Shown piece by piece: positions 1 through 7,997 of a stretch of 49,038 nucleotides of DNA (within the stretch, counting starts at the first letter, position 1; each line of letters begins with the position of its first letter). The notes below the pieces were generated by a model, which worked only from the letters and a program-made list of their open reading frames with translations, was not told where the DNA came from and did not search any database. Source of the stretch: Prevotella sp. (lineage in GTDB: Bacteria; Bacteroidota; Bacteroidia; Bacteroidales; Bacteroidaceae); the NCBI GenBank assembly GCA_016284895.1, contig JAEEPT010000001.1, positions 1-49,038 on the forward strand, given 5' to 3'. The translations under genes were made by a program, and so were the position numbers.

Positions 1-51
1 CACGAGTTTGTGGTCGTAGCTCTTCAGCTTGATACGAATTTTCTGACTCAT
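1..51 (-). CDS. rpsJ: 30S ribosomal protein S10, N-terminal 17 codons (runs off window)
   Basis: Read by hand: ATG at 51..49 gives MSQKIRIKLKSYDHKLV, the canonical S10 N-terminus; directly downstream of fusA. Confidence 0.95.
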   Translation of the reverse strand, partial: MSQKIRIKLKSYDHKLV

Positions 52-127
52 TGTCCTTGAATTTGTTGAAAATGTTATTATTAATACCTGCTAAAGAGTC
101 ATTTGCTCAGCAGGGTGATTATGTGTG

Positions 128-164
128 AAGTGAAGAGTGGAAGCAGACACTTCACTCTTCACTT
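128..164. repeat. Intergenic inverted repeat (hairpin) between fusA and rpsJ
   Basis: AAGTGAAGAGTGGAAG-cagaca-CTTCACTCTTCACTT; no U-tract on the transcribed (-) strand. Confidence 0.8.
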
Positions 165-172
165 TTACTTTA

Positions 173-2299
173 TTATACGAGATCGGCACGACCCTTCACT
201 TCCTCCAGCACAGTCTTGGCAATAGCGCTTGACAGAGGAGCGTGGTGAGAGTACTCCATTGAGCTGGTAGCACGACCAGAGGTGATGGTACGGAGAGCGG
301 TTACATAACCGAACATCTCTGACAGGGGTACCTTAGCCTTCACGACGCGAGCACCGCTGCGGCTCTCTTCCATGCCCTCTACCTGGCCACGGCGCTTGTT
401 CAAGTCACCGATCACGTCACCCATGTTCTCCTCAGGTGTCACCACCTCGAGCTTCATGATGGGCTCCATCAGTACGGGCTTAGCCTTGGCGCAAGCCTCC
501 TTGTAAGCCATCTGGGCAGCGATTTCGAATGAGAGCTGGTCAGAGTCAACGGGGTGGAAGCCACCATCGACCACAGTCACCTTCAGTGAGTCCATAGGAT
601 AGCCACCGAGGATACCATTCTTCATGGCAGCATCGAAGCCTTTCTGGATAGAGGGGATGAATTCCTTAGGAATGTTACCACCCTTCACCTCGTTGACGAA
701 CTGCAGGCCGCCATTGGTCTTGATATCGTAATCCTCATCAACAGGACCTACCTGAACGAGCATCTTAGCGTACTTACCACGACCACCCGACTGCTTCTTG
801 TAGGTCTCGTCGATCTCGACAGTCTTGGTGATGGCCTCCTTGTAGTTCACCTGAGGCTTACCCTGGTTGCACTCTACCTTGAACTCACGCTTCAGACGGT
901 CGATGATGATGTCGAGGTGAAGCTCACCCATACCCGAGATGATGGTCTGACCACTCTGCTCGTCGGTACGAACGGTGAATGTAGGATCCTCTTCGGCCAG
1001 CTTAGCCAGACCGTTGTCCAGCTTAGCAATGTCGGCCTGTGACTTAGGCTCAACGGCAATAGAGATCACGGTGTCGGGGAAGGTCATTGACTCCAGCACG
1101 ATGGGCTTATCCTCGTCGCAAAGGGTATCGCCAGTGCGGATATCCTTGAAGCCTACACCTGCGCCGATATCACCAGCGTCGATAGAATCCATAGGAATTT
1201 CCTTGTTTGAGTTCATCTGGAACAGACGGCTGATGCGCTCCTTCTTGCCCGAACGGGGATTGAAGACGTAAGAACCGGCCTTCACGCTACCAGAGTAAAC
1301 GCGGAAGAACACCAGACGACCCATATAGGGATCGGTTGCTATCTTGAATGCGAGTGCTGAAGTAGCCTCATCCTCGCTGGGCTTGCGGCTTTCCTCTTCG
1401 TCGGTATTGGGGTTGGTACCAATAACGGCCTCTGTGTCCAGAGGAGAAGGCAGGTAAGAGCAAACAGCGTCGAGCAGAGGCTGAACGCCCTTGTTCTTAT
1501 AAGAAGAACCGCAGAGCATAGGTGTGCACTCCATAGCGATGGTACCCTTGCGGATGGCAGCGATGATCTCTTCCTCTGTGATTGAGTTAGGATCGTCGAA
1601 GAACTTCTCCATCAGAGCCTCGTCGTACTCGGCAGCAGCCTCAAGCAGCTTCATGCGCCACTCGTCGCACTCGTCCTTCAGGTTGGCGGGAATCTCTTCC
1701 ACGTCGTATTCAGCACCCATGGTCTCGTCATGCCACAGGATAGCCTTCATCTTCACGAGGTCAACCAGACCCTTGAAGTTCTCCTCAGCACCGATAGGCA
1801 CCTGCATCACAACAGGGTTGGCGCCCAGGATGTCCTTCATCTGCTGTACAGTCTCGAAGAAGTCAGCACCCGAACGGTCCATCTTGTTCACGTAGCCGAT
1901 ACGGGGCACGTTGTACTTGTCGGCCTGACGCCACACGGTCTCAGACTGAGGCTGCACACCGTCGGCAGCAGAGTAAGTAGCAACAGCACCATCGAGCACA
2001 CGCAGTGAACGCTCCACCTCAGCAGTGAAGTCAACGTGTCCCGGAGTGTCGATCAGGTTGATCTTATAGTTGTTATTATTCCACTTCCAGTTACAGGTAG
2101 TAGCAGCCGAAGTGATGGTGATACCGCGCTCCTGCTCCTGAGCCATCCAGTCCATGGTAGCTGCACCGTCGTGCACCTCACCAATCTTGTGGGTCTTACC
2201 TGTGTAGAACAGGATACGCTCCGAAGTGGTGGTCTTACCGGCATCGATGTGAGCCATAATGCCGATGTTGCGGGTCAAATGCAAATCTTGTTTTGCCAT
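173..2299 (-). CDS. fusA: Elongation factor G
   Basis: [23 protein letters not shown] GTPase motifs; GMGELHL; 708 aa; follows rpsG. Confidence 0.99.
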   Translation of the reverse strand: MAKQDLHLTRNIGIMAHIDAGKTTTSERILFYTGKTHKIGEVHDGAATMDWMAQEQERGITITSAATTCNWKWNNNNYKINLIDTPGHVDFTAEVERSLRVLDGAVATYSAADGVQPQSETVWRQADKYNVPRIGYVNKMDRSGADFFETVQQMKDILGANPVVMQVPIGAEENFKGLVDLVKMKAILWHDETMGAEYDVEEIPANLKDECDEWRMKLLEAAAEYDEALMEKFFDDPNSITEEEIIAAIRKGTIAMECTPMLCGSSYKNKGVQPLLDAVCSYLPSPLDTEAVIGTNPNTDEEESRKPSEDEATSALAFKIATDPYMGRLVFFRVYSGSVKAGSYVFNPRSGKKERISRLFQMNSNKEIPMDSIDAGDIGAGVGFKDIRTGDTLCDEDKPIVLESMTFPDTVISIAVEPKSQADIAKLDNGLAKLAEEDPTFTVRTDEQSGQTIISGMGELHLDIIIDRLKREFKVECNQGKPQVNYKEAITKTVEIDETYKKQSGGRGKYAKMLVQVGPVDEDYDIKTNGGLQFVNEVKGGNIPKEFIPSIQKGFDAAMKNGILGGYPMDSLKVTVVDGGFHPVDSDQLSFEIAAQMAYKEACAKAKPVLMEPIMKLEVVTPEENMGDVIGDLNKRRGQVEGMEESRSGARVVKAKVPLSEMFGYVTALRTITSGRATSSMEYSHHAPLSSAIAKTVLEEVKGRADLV

Positions 2300-2322
2300 T
2301 GTCTTTTTACCTTATTATTATA

Positions 2323-2799
2323 TTAGAAACGGAAGTGAGCGAATGCACGGTTAGCCTCGGCCATGCGGTGCATATCCTCCTTACGCTTGAAGGCACCACC
2401 CTGGTTGTTGAAAGCATCCATAATCTCAGCAGAGAGTTTGTCGGCCATTGACTTGCCGCTGCGCTTGCGAGCGAAGGCAATCATGTTCTTCATAGAGATG
2501 CTCTCCTTGCGGTCGGCACGAATCTCAGTAGGCACCTGGAAGGTAGCGCCACCGATACGACGGCTCTTCACCTCCACCTGAGGAGTGATATTGTCGAGTG
2601 CCTGCTTCCAGATTTCCAGAGGAGACTTCTCGGCATCCTTCATCTTATTCTTAACGATTTCGAGTGAGTTGTAGAAAATCTCATACGAAGTTGCTTTCTT
2701 ACCATCATACATGAGGTGGTTCACGAACTTTGAGACCTTCTGGTCATTGAACACGGGATCGGGAAGGATCACGCGCTTCTTTGGTTTTGCTTTTCTCAT
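2323..2799 (-). CDS. rpsG: 30S ribosomal protein S7
   Basis: [18 protein letters not shown] and [15 protein letters not shown] motifs. Confidence 0.99.
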   Translation of the reverse strand: MRKAKPKKRVILPDPVFNDQKVSKFVNHLMYDGKKATSYEIFYNSLEIVKNKMKDAEKSPLEIWKQALDNITPQVEVKSRRIGGATFQVPTEIRADRKESISMKNMIAFARKRSGKSMADKLSAEIMDAFNNQGGAFKRKEDMHRMAEANRAFAHFRF

Positions 2800-2940
2800 T
2801 TTGTTTGTTAATGTTTTAAATTCTGCTTAGGGCTGTTCTTTGTCTGCGTCTTCAATACCCACACTCGGATATTTACTCAACCTTTCTTTTAAGAATTCGC
2901 CAGCAAAACGTTTTAATAAATGTTTTTTGCTTCGAGTTTT

Positions 2941-3037
2941 GTAAGTTTCTGAGTTTTTTGAGATTTCTGAGTTTTCCTGCGTTCTGAGCCTACTCATCAC
3001 CGAGCCAACCCACAAACTTAAAAACTCAGAAACTCAC
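2941..3037. repeat. Long imperfect inverted repeat built from 8-9 bp GAGTTTCT-like units in the rpsL-rpsG spacer
   Basis: GTAAGTTTCTGAGTTTTTTGAG (from 2941) pairs with CTTAAAAACTCAGAAACTCAC (to 3037). Confidence 0.75.
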
Positions 3038-3050
3038 CGCTCTGTTTTGT

Positions 3051-3431
3051 TTACTTCTTAGCCTTAGGACGCTTTGCACCGTACTTAGAACGACGCTGCG
3101 TGCGATTGGCAACACCGCTGGTATCGAGTGTACCACGAACGATGTGATAACGCACACCGGGAAGGTCTTTCACACGACCTCCACGAACCAGCACGATGCT
3201 GTGCTCCTGCAAGTTGTGTCCCTCTCCGGGAATGTAACTGTTGACTTCCTTCTGGTTAGTCAAACGAACACGGGCTACCTTACGCATAGCCGAATTAGGC
3301 TTCTTCGGGGTCGTTGTATAGACACGTACGCAGACACCACGACGCTGAGGACAGTTATCCAGCGCGGGTGACTTCGACTTGTCAACGATCACCTTTCTGC
3401 CTTTGCGAACCAATTGTGAAATTGTAGGCAT
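3051..3431 (-). CDS. rpsL: 30S ribosomal protein S12
   Basis: [33 protein letters not shown] motifs. Confidence 0.99.
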   Translation of the reverse strand: MPTISQLVRKGRKVIVDKSKSPALDNCPQRRGVCVRVYTTTPKKPNSAMRKVARVRLTNQKEVNSYIPGEGHNLQEHSIVLVRGGRVKDLPGVRYHIVRGTLDTSGVANRTQRRSKYGAKRPKAKK

Positions 3432-3526
3432 AATTTTTTGTTTTTAATTTTTGTTTATTATATATATTATTGTGTTATATCCAAAATTTCCATACCCCCA
3501 CTGCAAAAAGGGGCTATTTCGGGCTG

Positions 3527-3534
3527 CAAAGGTA
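3527..3534 (-). promoter_or_regulatory. Bacteroidota primary-sigma -7 element for the str operon
   Basis: TACCTTTG(C) on - strand matches TAnnTTTG, ~95 bp upstream of rpsL. Confidence 0.75.
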
Positions 3535-3571
3535 CAAACTTTATATGAAAACACCTAATACAAGAAAAAAG

Positions 3572-3615
3572 AAAGGCCTTACATTTTGTCATATTTAACA
3601 AAATATAAGGCTTTT
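3572..3615 (-). terminator. Intrinsic terminator after the DUF3467 gene
   Basis: AAAGGCCTTACATTTTGT...ACAAAATATAAGGCTTTT stem followed by a T-rich tract on - strand. Confidence 0.65.
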
Positions 3616-3633
3616 AACATTCTTAAAACCTAC

Positions 3634-3957
3634 TTACGCTTCTCCTCCGCCTACATTAAAGGGGGCAATGGTGCGCGGTTCTTGTGGTTTGTTTGGCACT
3701 TTGATTTGACCATACTCACGCTCATAGCGCATGATATTTTCCTGCAAAGCAGCCAGCAGGCGCTTGGCGTGCTCAGGAGCCAAGATCACGCGACTTTTCA
3801 CGCTGGCCTTGGGCAGACCTGGCAGGATGCGGGCGAAATCGAGTATAAAATCGCTGCTGGAATGGGTGATAATGGCAAAGTTGGCATACTCGCCCTGAGC
3901 CATGTCGGGTGTAAGTTCTATCTGCAGCCCCTGCTGCTTCTGTTCGTTTTCGTTCAT
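3634..3957 (-). CDS. DUF3467 domain protein
   Basis: QGEYANFAIITHSSSDFILDFA...SRVILAPEHAKRLL signature; usual position upstream of rpsL; own TACCTTTG at 4001..3994. Confidence 0.9.
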   Translation of the reverse strand: MNENEQKQQGLQIELTPDMAQGEYANFAIITHSSSDFILDFARILPGLPKASVKSRVILAPEHAKRLLAALQENIMRYEREYGQIKVPNKPQEPRTIAPFNVGGGEA

Positions 3958-4044
3958 GAGATGTTTTCTTATTTAGTTTATAATTGCGGGATACAAAGGT
4001 AGTACATTTTGTCGAACCACACAAACTATAGCGCATGTTTTAGC

Positions 4045-6147
4045 TTAGTTTTGCGTTTGGGCAAACTGTTTTAGCACATCGCAGCGCGAGACGTAGAGAC
4101 TGGTGAGAATAGGATTCCTGTGTTCCAGAAGGTAGAGTGACTGCAAGGCTTTGTACTGTCGGTTCTGCGGATGCATCACTCTCACGAAATCGACCTTTTC
4201 GTTGCTCCACACTTCGGAATACCATGGCTCGATGGGTATCCAGGCCAGGGCGTAGAGCGTGCGTTCTTTCCAGTCAAAGTCGCTGACGTTGGATTTAGCG
4301 ATAGTGAGCAATTCGGAAGCTTTCTCTAACATATCCACCTCACCGACGCGTGCCGTGTCGCCTACGCTCTTGCCATAGTGGGTGAGGTACCAGGCATCGC
4401 CCACGTAGGAGGCCTGAGCATAACGCACAGCCAAGGCATACGCCCGTTTTGCCAGCGTCTCGCCCTCCAGCATGCCAAAACCGCCTTCCAGGTTCGCCAT
4501 TTCCTTTGCGAACTCCAGTTTCTGGTTGCGGCTGACCTTTGCCGTTCCTGGATACTGTAGTTCATCCTTGATGCGCTGGCGCTTGCGCCATACTTCAATG
4601 CGATAGTCACGCCGAGCCATGAAGGGCACGATATTCATCTTGTTGACAAACTCAATGCTCACCTTTGACAAGTAATTGATGGCATTGGTCCATTGGGCCA
4701 GTCGCAGATATTTGGTGCCAATAAGTTCGTTCAGGAACTCATTGTCACGGCGCAGTCGGGCTATCAGCCAGCGATCGAGTGCGGCAGCTGGCTCGCTGTT
4801 CACATAGTCCTGGAAAGCCAGTAACTGTTCAACTGGCATTTCATCGATGCGCCAGAAGTATTCTGATGAGTAGTCACTGTTCCAGGCACCTGTCTCATTA
4901 GCATTCGAGTGCTGTTTACGGAACAGCTTAGGCTGTTCGTCATAGACAGCAAGGAGAGCAGTAGCTGCATGGGGGCGGCCAGTCTTATCGAAATCAGGAA
5001 TGAGCACCTGATGGATAAGGCGATCAAAGACGCGTGTAAAGTGATTCTCGTAATCGCCACCTTCACCACGCTCCTCGCGCGACTTGTTCTCGAGCCACGT
5101 CAGCTCGCTAACGAGGAAATCGTCCTGATGTACAGCCTTTGCCATCGCACTCTCCATATAGAGTCGCAACACACGGGCATTATCCTTGACGCGTGGCGTG
5201 CCTTCCATCGTCACTGCCTGACGGATTTCAGCCAGGGCTTGTTCTTTTTCACCGAAGAGATAGTGCAGCCATGACTCGACCGACTTCCAAAGAGCTGGAT
5301 TCTTAGTACGTTTCTCACGCAGCACCTGCTTAGCAAAGGTACACATCTTCATGGCTTCTTGTTGCTTGATGTCGCGCACGAAGAGCTTACCAGGCCAGTA
5401 ATCTACGCTTTGCGCATCAATCGCCTCTTGCGCATTATTGGCAAAGTCCTGGAGGAGGAAAGGCAGTGACGCAGCATTGGCATTTTTATGATACTCGGCA
5501 CGAATGGCCTCCAGCGAGCGTTTTTTATAATAATAGGTATATAGGCTCGCCTCATCACCTTGTTCCATGAATATCTGCGTCGCTTCATTTACGCGTCCCA
5601 CCTTGAGCAGCGCACCTGCATAGATATTGCGCATCATGTCACGATAGACAGAGTTGATATATTTCTCAGCCGTCTGTTCCCAGAACTTCACATTGGTTTG
5701 GTGATGTCCCAGCAGCATATTGCAGCGCATGTAGAGCAGCGCGTGCTGAGAGCGAAGCTTCGTTTTGGTCTTCGAATAAGCATAATCTCGGATGCTCATC
5801 ACTTGCTGCTTGCGCTCGAGCAGTTGGCGCTTCGTGGGATATTCCCACTGATCGCGCACCCCGTTAGACACGTTGATGTATTTCTGTAAGTGTGCAATGT
5901 AACTCATCATGAGCGCATCGCCCTTCTTCTGGGCCACAGCACTCAGTTTGTCGGCATCGAACCAGTAGAGCTCCGGATCGTCTGCATACGACCGCCAGTT
6001 CTCCATCGTACGTCTATCCACATTTCTACCCCATTCCATCGAGCCAACGGCACTGAACAGATAATAATTGTGGACAGTAGGCCCCGCACAAGCCAGGGCA
6101 TCGGCAGTCATGACTGCCAACATACTAATGATGATAAATCGCTTCAT
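4045..6147 (-). CDS. Exported helical/TPR-like hypothetical protein (700 aa)
   Basis: Signal peptide ending ADALA-C; helical repeats rich in A/L/Y; overlaps the upstream gene by 23 bp. Confidence 0.8.
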   Translation of the reverse strand: MKRFIIISMLAVMTADALACAGPTVHNYYLFSAVGSMEWGRNVDRRTMENWRSYADDPELYWFDADKLSAVAQKKGDALMMSYIAHLQKYINVSNGVRDQWEYPTKRQLLERKQQVMSIRDYAYSKTKTKLRSQHALLYMRCNMLLGHHQTNVKFWEQTAEKYINSVYRDMMRNIYAGALLKVGRVNEATQIFMEQGDEASLYTYYYKKRSLEAIRAEYHKNANAASLPFLLQDFANNAQEAIDAQSVDYWPGKLFVRDIKQQEAMKMCTFAKQVLREKRTKNPALWKSVESWLHYLFGEKEQALAEIRQAVTMEGTPRVKDNARVLRLYMESAMAKAVHQDDFLVSELTWLENKSREERGEGGDYENHFTRVFDRLIHQVLIPDFDKTGRPHAATALLAVYDEQPKLFRKQHSNANETGAWNSDYSSEYFWRIDEMPVEQLLAFQDYVNSEPAAALDRWLIARLRRDNEFLNELIGTKYLRLAQWTNAINYLSKVSIEFVNKMNIVPFMARRDYRIEVWRKRQRIKDELQYPGTAKVSRNQKLEFAKEMANLEGGFGMLEGETLAKRAYALAVRYAQASYVGDAWYLTHYGKSVGDTARVGEVDMLEKASELLTIAKSNVSDFDWKERTLYALAWIPIEPWYSEVWSNEKVDFVRVMHPQNRQYKALQSLYLLEHRNPILTSLYVSRCDVLKQFAQTQN

Positions 6148-7048
6148 ATTGCTCAGCAGTATATCGTTTCACGTTTTCACTATCAAGATGATAGGTAAGA
6201 ATGAGCTGTCGAAGATCGTTCCGCTCAATCTCCACCAGCCGCTTAGTCCTCATGATATCGTCGTAGTCGGCCACATGGCTGATGAGTGCACCATGAATAT
6301 CGCGCTGCCACATGAATACAGGATAGGCAGCAGCCAACGGCAGCCCGTAGTCTTTCAAATAAGGCAGATAGGGCTTCACGTCACGCAGGTCAAGGATGGG
6401 GTTTCGCTCGGCAAAGCGTTCGGGAGCCCCTGTATTATAGAGCATAAGAACACCATAGCTTACTGGCGGCGCCGGCATCGACAACTGGTGCAATCGGATG
6501 GTAGTGCTCACCGCCAGCCCATAGGCAGTAGCCTCACGCTGAACTTCTTGCAAGAAAGCATAGTAGAGGTTGCGGTTGCGCGACGTGTAATCGCAGTCTA
6601 TCTGTATCTCGTGCACTGCACTCACATCATTCGTTTCATTCATCTGCACAATGCGTCTTACTATCTTGGCAGCCAGTCCTTCATGCGATTGCTGCATGCA
6701 GTCGTTCATAATAAACACAACCGGCACCAGCTCTATCGAGTCGGGACAAGCCTGTGCAAACTGTATGGTAGCATTGGGCATGGGACCTTGTTGGGCATCC
6801 ATCACTACATCGAAATACCTGCAGTAGATGCGGCTCACATCATGCTCGGAAAGGAAGGACTCCTCGATGGAATCGAGAGAAAACGTTGTTCGCCAGTAGT
6901 AAACAGCATTCCCGCTCGGCGTGAGTGACGTTCTCTCCTTGCGGCTGCAAGATCCTACCAGCCAGCCCGTCACGACAAGTACCATCGCCGTCACAAGCAA
7001 GGGGTGATGTAGCAGTTTTCCCAAAAGAGTAAACATGTGGTTTCTCAT
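6125..7048 (-). CDS. Putative lipoprotein, DUF3142-like / GH18-like TIM-barrel
   Basis: ATG at 7048 (alternative 7036) downstream of TATCTTTG at 7076..7069; lipobox LVGS-C; AVYYWRT, EIQIDCDY, STTIRLHQ, GVLMLYN motifs; the fold assignment is inference. Confidence 0.7.
   Translation of the reverse strand: MRNHMFTLLGKLLHHPLLVTAMVLVVTGWLVGSCSRKERTSLTPSGNAVYYWRTTFSLDSIEESFLSEHDVSRIYCRYFDVVMDAQQGPMPNATIQFAQACPDSIELVPVVFIMNDCMQQSHEGLAAKIVRRIVQMNETNDVSAVHEIQIDCDYTSRNRNLYYAFLQEVQREATAYGLAVSTTIRLHQLSMPAPPVSYGVLMLYNTGAPERFAERNPILDLRDVKPYLPYLKDYGLPLAAAYPVFMWQRDIHGALISHVADYDDIMRTKRLVEIERNDLRQLILTYHLDSENVKRYTAEQYEAIYHH
6921..6937. repeat. Left copy of a perfect 17-bp inverted repeat (partner at 7666-7682)
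   Basis: GTGAGTGACGTTCTCTC is the reverse complement of GAGAGAACGTCACTCAC. Confidence 0.9.
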
Positions 7049-7139
7049 TGCCAAACGTTTTTGTCTGACAAAGATAGTTACTTTTCACTAAACAACCAAA
7101 AATATCACACCACTTTTTTCCAACATCCCTTGTGATCTC

Positions 7140-7266
7140 CAAGATGGCCTCCCCTGCTAAAAAATGTGCAGGAGAGGGAAATGCCATCTTGTCACCTTAA
7201 AAAAGTGGTGACCGAACAATCTTCTTACCTTTTTACATACACTTACTTACAGTCGAACTTTCTTCG
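7140..7266 (-). ncRNA. Candidate small RNA or structured leader
   Basis: TATCTTTGC promoter at 7278..7270; purine-rich unstructured 5' part, then hairpins GTCACC/GGTGAC (7212-7191) and CAAGATGGC..CCTGC/GCAGG..GCCATCTTG (7191-7140); no credible ORF. Confidence 0.45.
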
Positions 7267-7319
7267 TTTGCAAAGATAATGGTTTTTCTGAGTATATCCT
7301 ATTTAAAATTGACTTGCAA

Positions 7320-7362
7320 AACAGATTTTGCAGATTCTGAAAAAAAAATTGCAAAATCTGTT
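7320..7362. promoter_or_regulatory. 13-bp perfect inverted repeat with 17-bp spacer, possible operator
   Basis: AACAGATTTTGCA (7320-7332) / TGCAAAATCTGTT (7350-7362), upstream of the 7278 promoter. Confidence 0.5.
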
Positions 7363-7529
7363 AGTTATTTGCAAATTCTGAGAATCGTGGCAAGAACAGA
7401 CAGGGGACATTTGCCTCTATGCCGGCTCTCGCAGAGCCAAACACCAGTTTAATCTCTTCAAACTTTGGAGTACACAAATAGCACACAAGTCCATATCTTG
7501 CGAGGCTCGGTCAATAATAGAAAAATCTT

Positions 7530-7614
7530 CAAAACATCTGTTTCCATCTGCTTCACTCGTAAACACTTCGCTATCAGCGAGTTGCAGACGAAAACAGATG
7601 AAACAGATGTTTTG
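7530..7614. repeat. ~85-bp element with ~20-bp terminal inverted repeats (REP/MITE-like)
   Basis: CAAAACATCTGTTTCCATCTG ... CAGATGAAACAGATGTTTTG. Confidence 0.7.
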
Positions 7615-7640
7615 CAAACTTTTTGCTTATAGTGCTGTTG

Positions 7641-7706
7641 AGAGTGAGAAAGTCATTCACTCCAAGAGAGAACGTCACTCACTCTGAATAAGAATGTGGC
7701 TCAGGT
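7641..7706. repeat. Three degenerate 22-bp tandem units (GAGTGA..TCACTC family)
   Basis: RAGAA at 7646, 7668, 7690; units agagtgagaaagtcattcactc / caagagagaacgtcactcactc / tgaataagaatgtggctcaggt. Confidence 0.6.
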
Positions 7707-7740
7707 CGTATCATTCCATCATGTTGGCTGAATCGTCAAG

Positions 7741-7845
7741 CGAAGTAGCCGAAATCACGACATGATATAGCCTAAAACGTAGTGTGATTTAGCCTAAATC
7801 ATCTGATGATATAGCCTAAACCACGCTATGAAATAGCCTAAATGG
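7741..7845. repeat. Array A: five 17-bp palindromes (TGATWTAGCCTAAATCA) with 5-bp variable spacers, 22-bp period
   Basis: TAGCC at 7746, 7768, 7790, 7812, 7834; perfect copy at 7785-7801. Confidence 0.9.
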
Positions 7846-7929
7846 TGGCACGAAAAATCGCCACCATATATTTGCATCAGGCTAAGGCTATTTTTCTGCA
7901 TTCGTTTTTTTCATGTGTATAATAATATT

Positions 7930-7966
7930 TCGCCCAAATCTCGTTAATCATTCAAGATTTGGGCGA
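7930..7966 (-). terminator. Intrinsic terminator of the dcw/murF transcript
   Basis: TCGCCCAAATCT...AGATTTGGGCGA stem ~30 bp after the murF stop. Confidence 0.7.
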
Positions 7967-7997
7967 AAGCTTTATATCAGAATAGCAATATTGTGTA

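Noticed and set aside
2827-3015. 62-aa ORF in the rpsL-rpsG spacer
   Set aside because: Non-ATG start and reads through the repeat hairpin; no family resemblance
3051-3431. Resistance alleles in rpsL or a D-Ala-D-Lac type ddl
   Set aside because: RpsL keeps wild-type PKKPNS and RVKDLP; Ddl omega loop has Tyr (YDAKY)
7417-7617. 66-aa ORF or possible transposase remnant
   Set aside because: TTG start inside the inverted-repeat element; no recognisable transposase motifs
7741-7845. CRISPR array interpretation of the palindrome/spacer arrays (also 42251-42399)
   Set aside because: Repeats of 17 bp and spacers of 5 bp are far below CRISPR sizes; no leader or cas genes in the window
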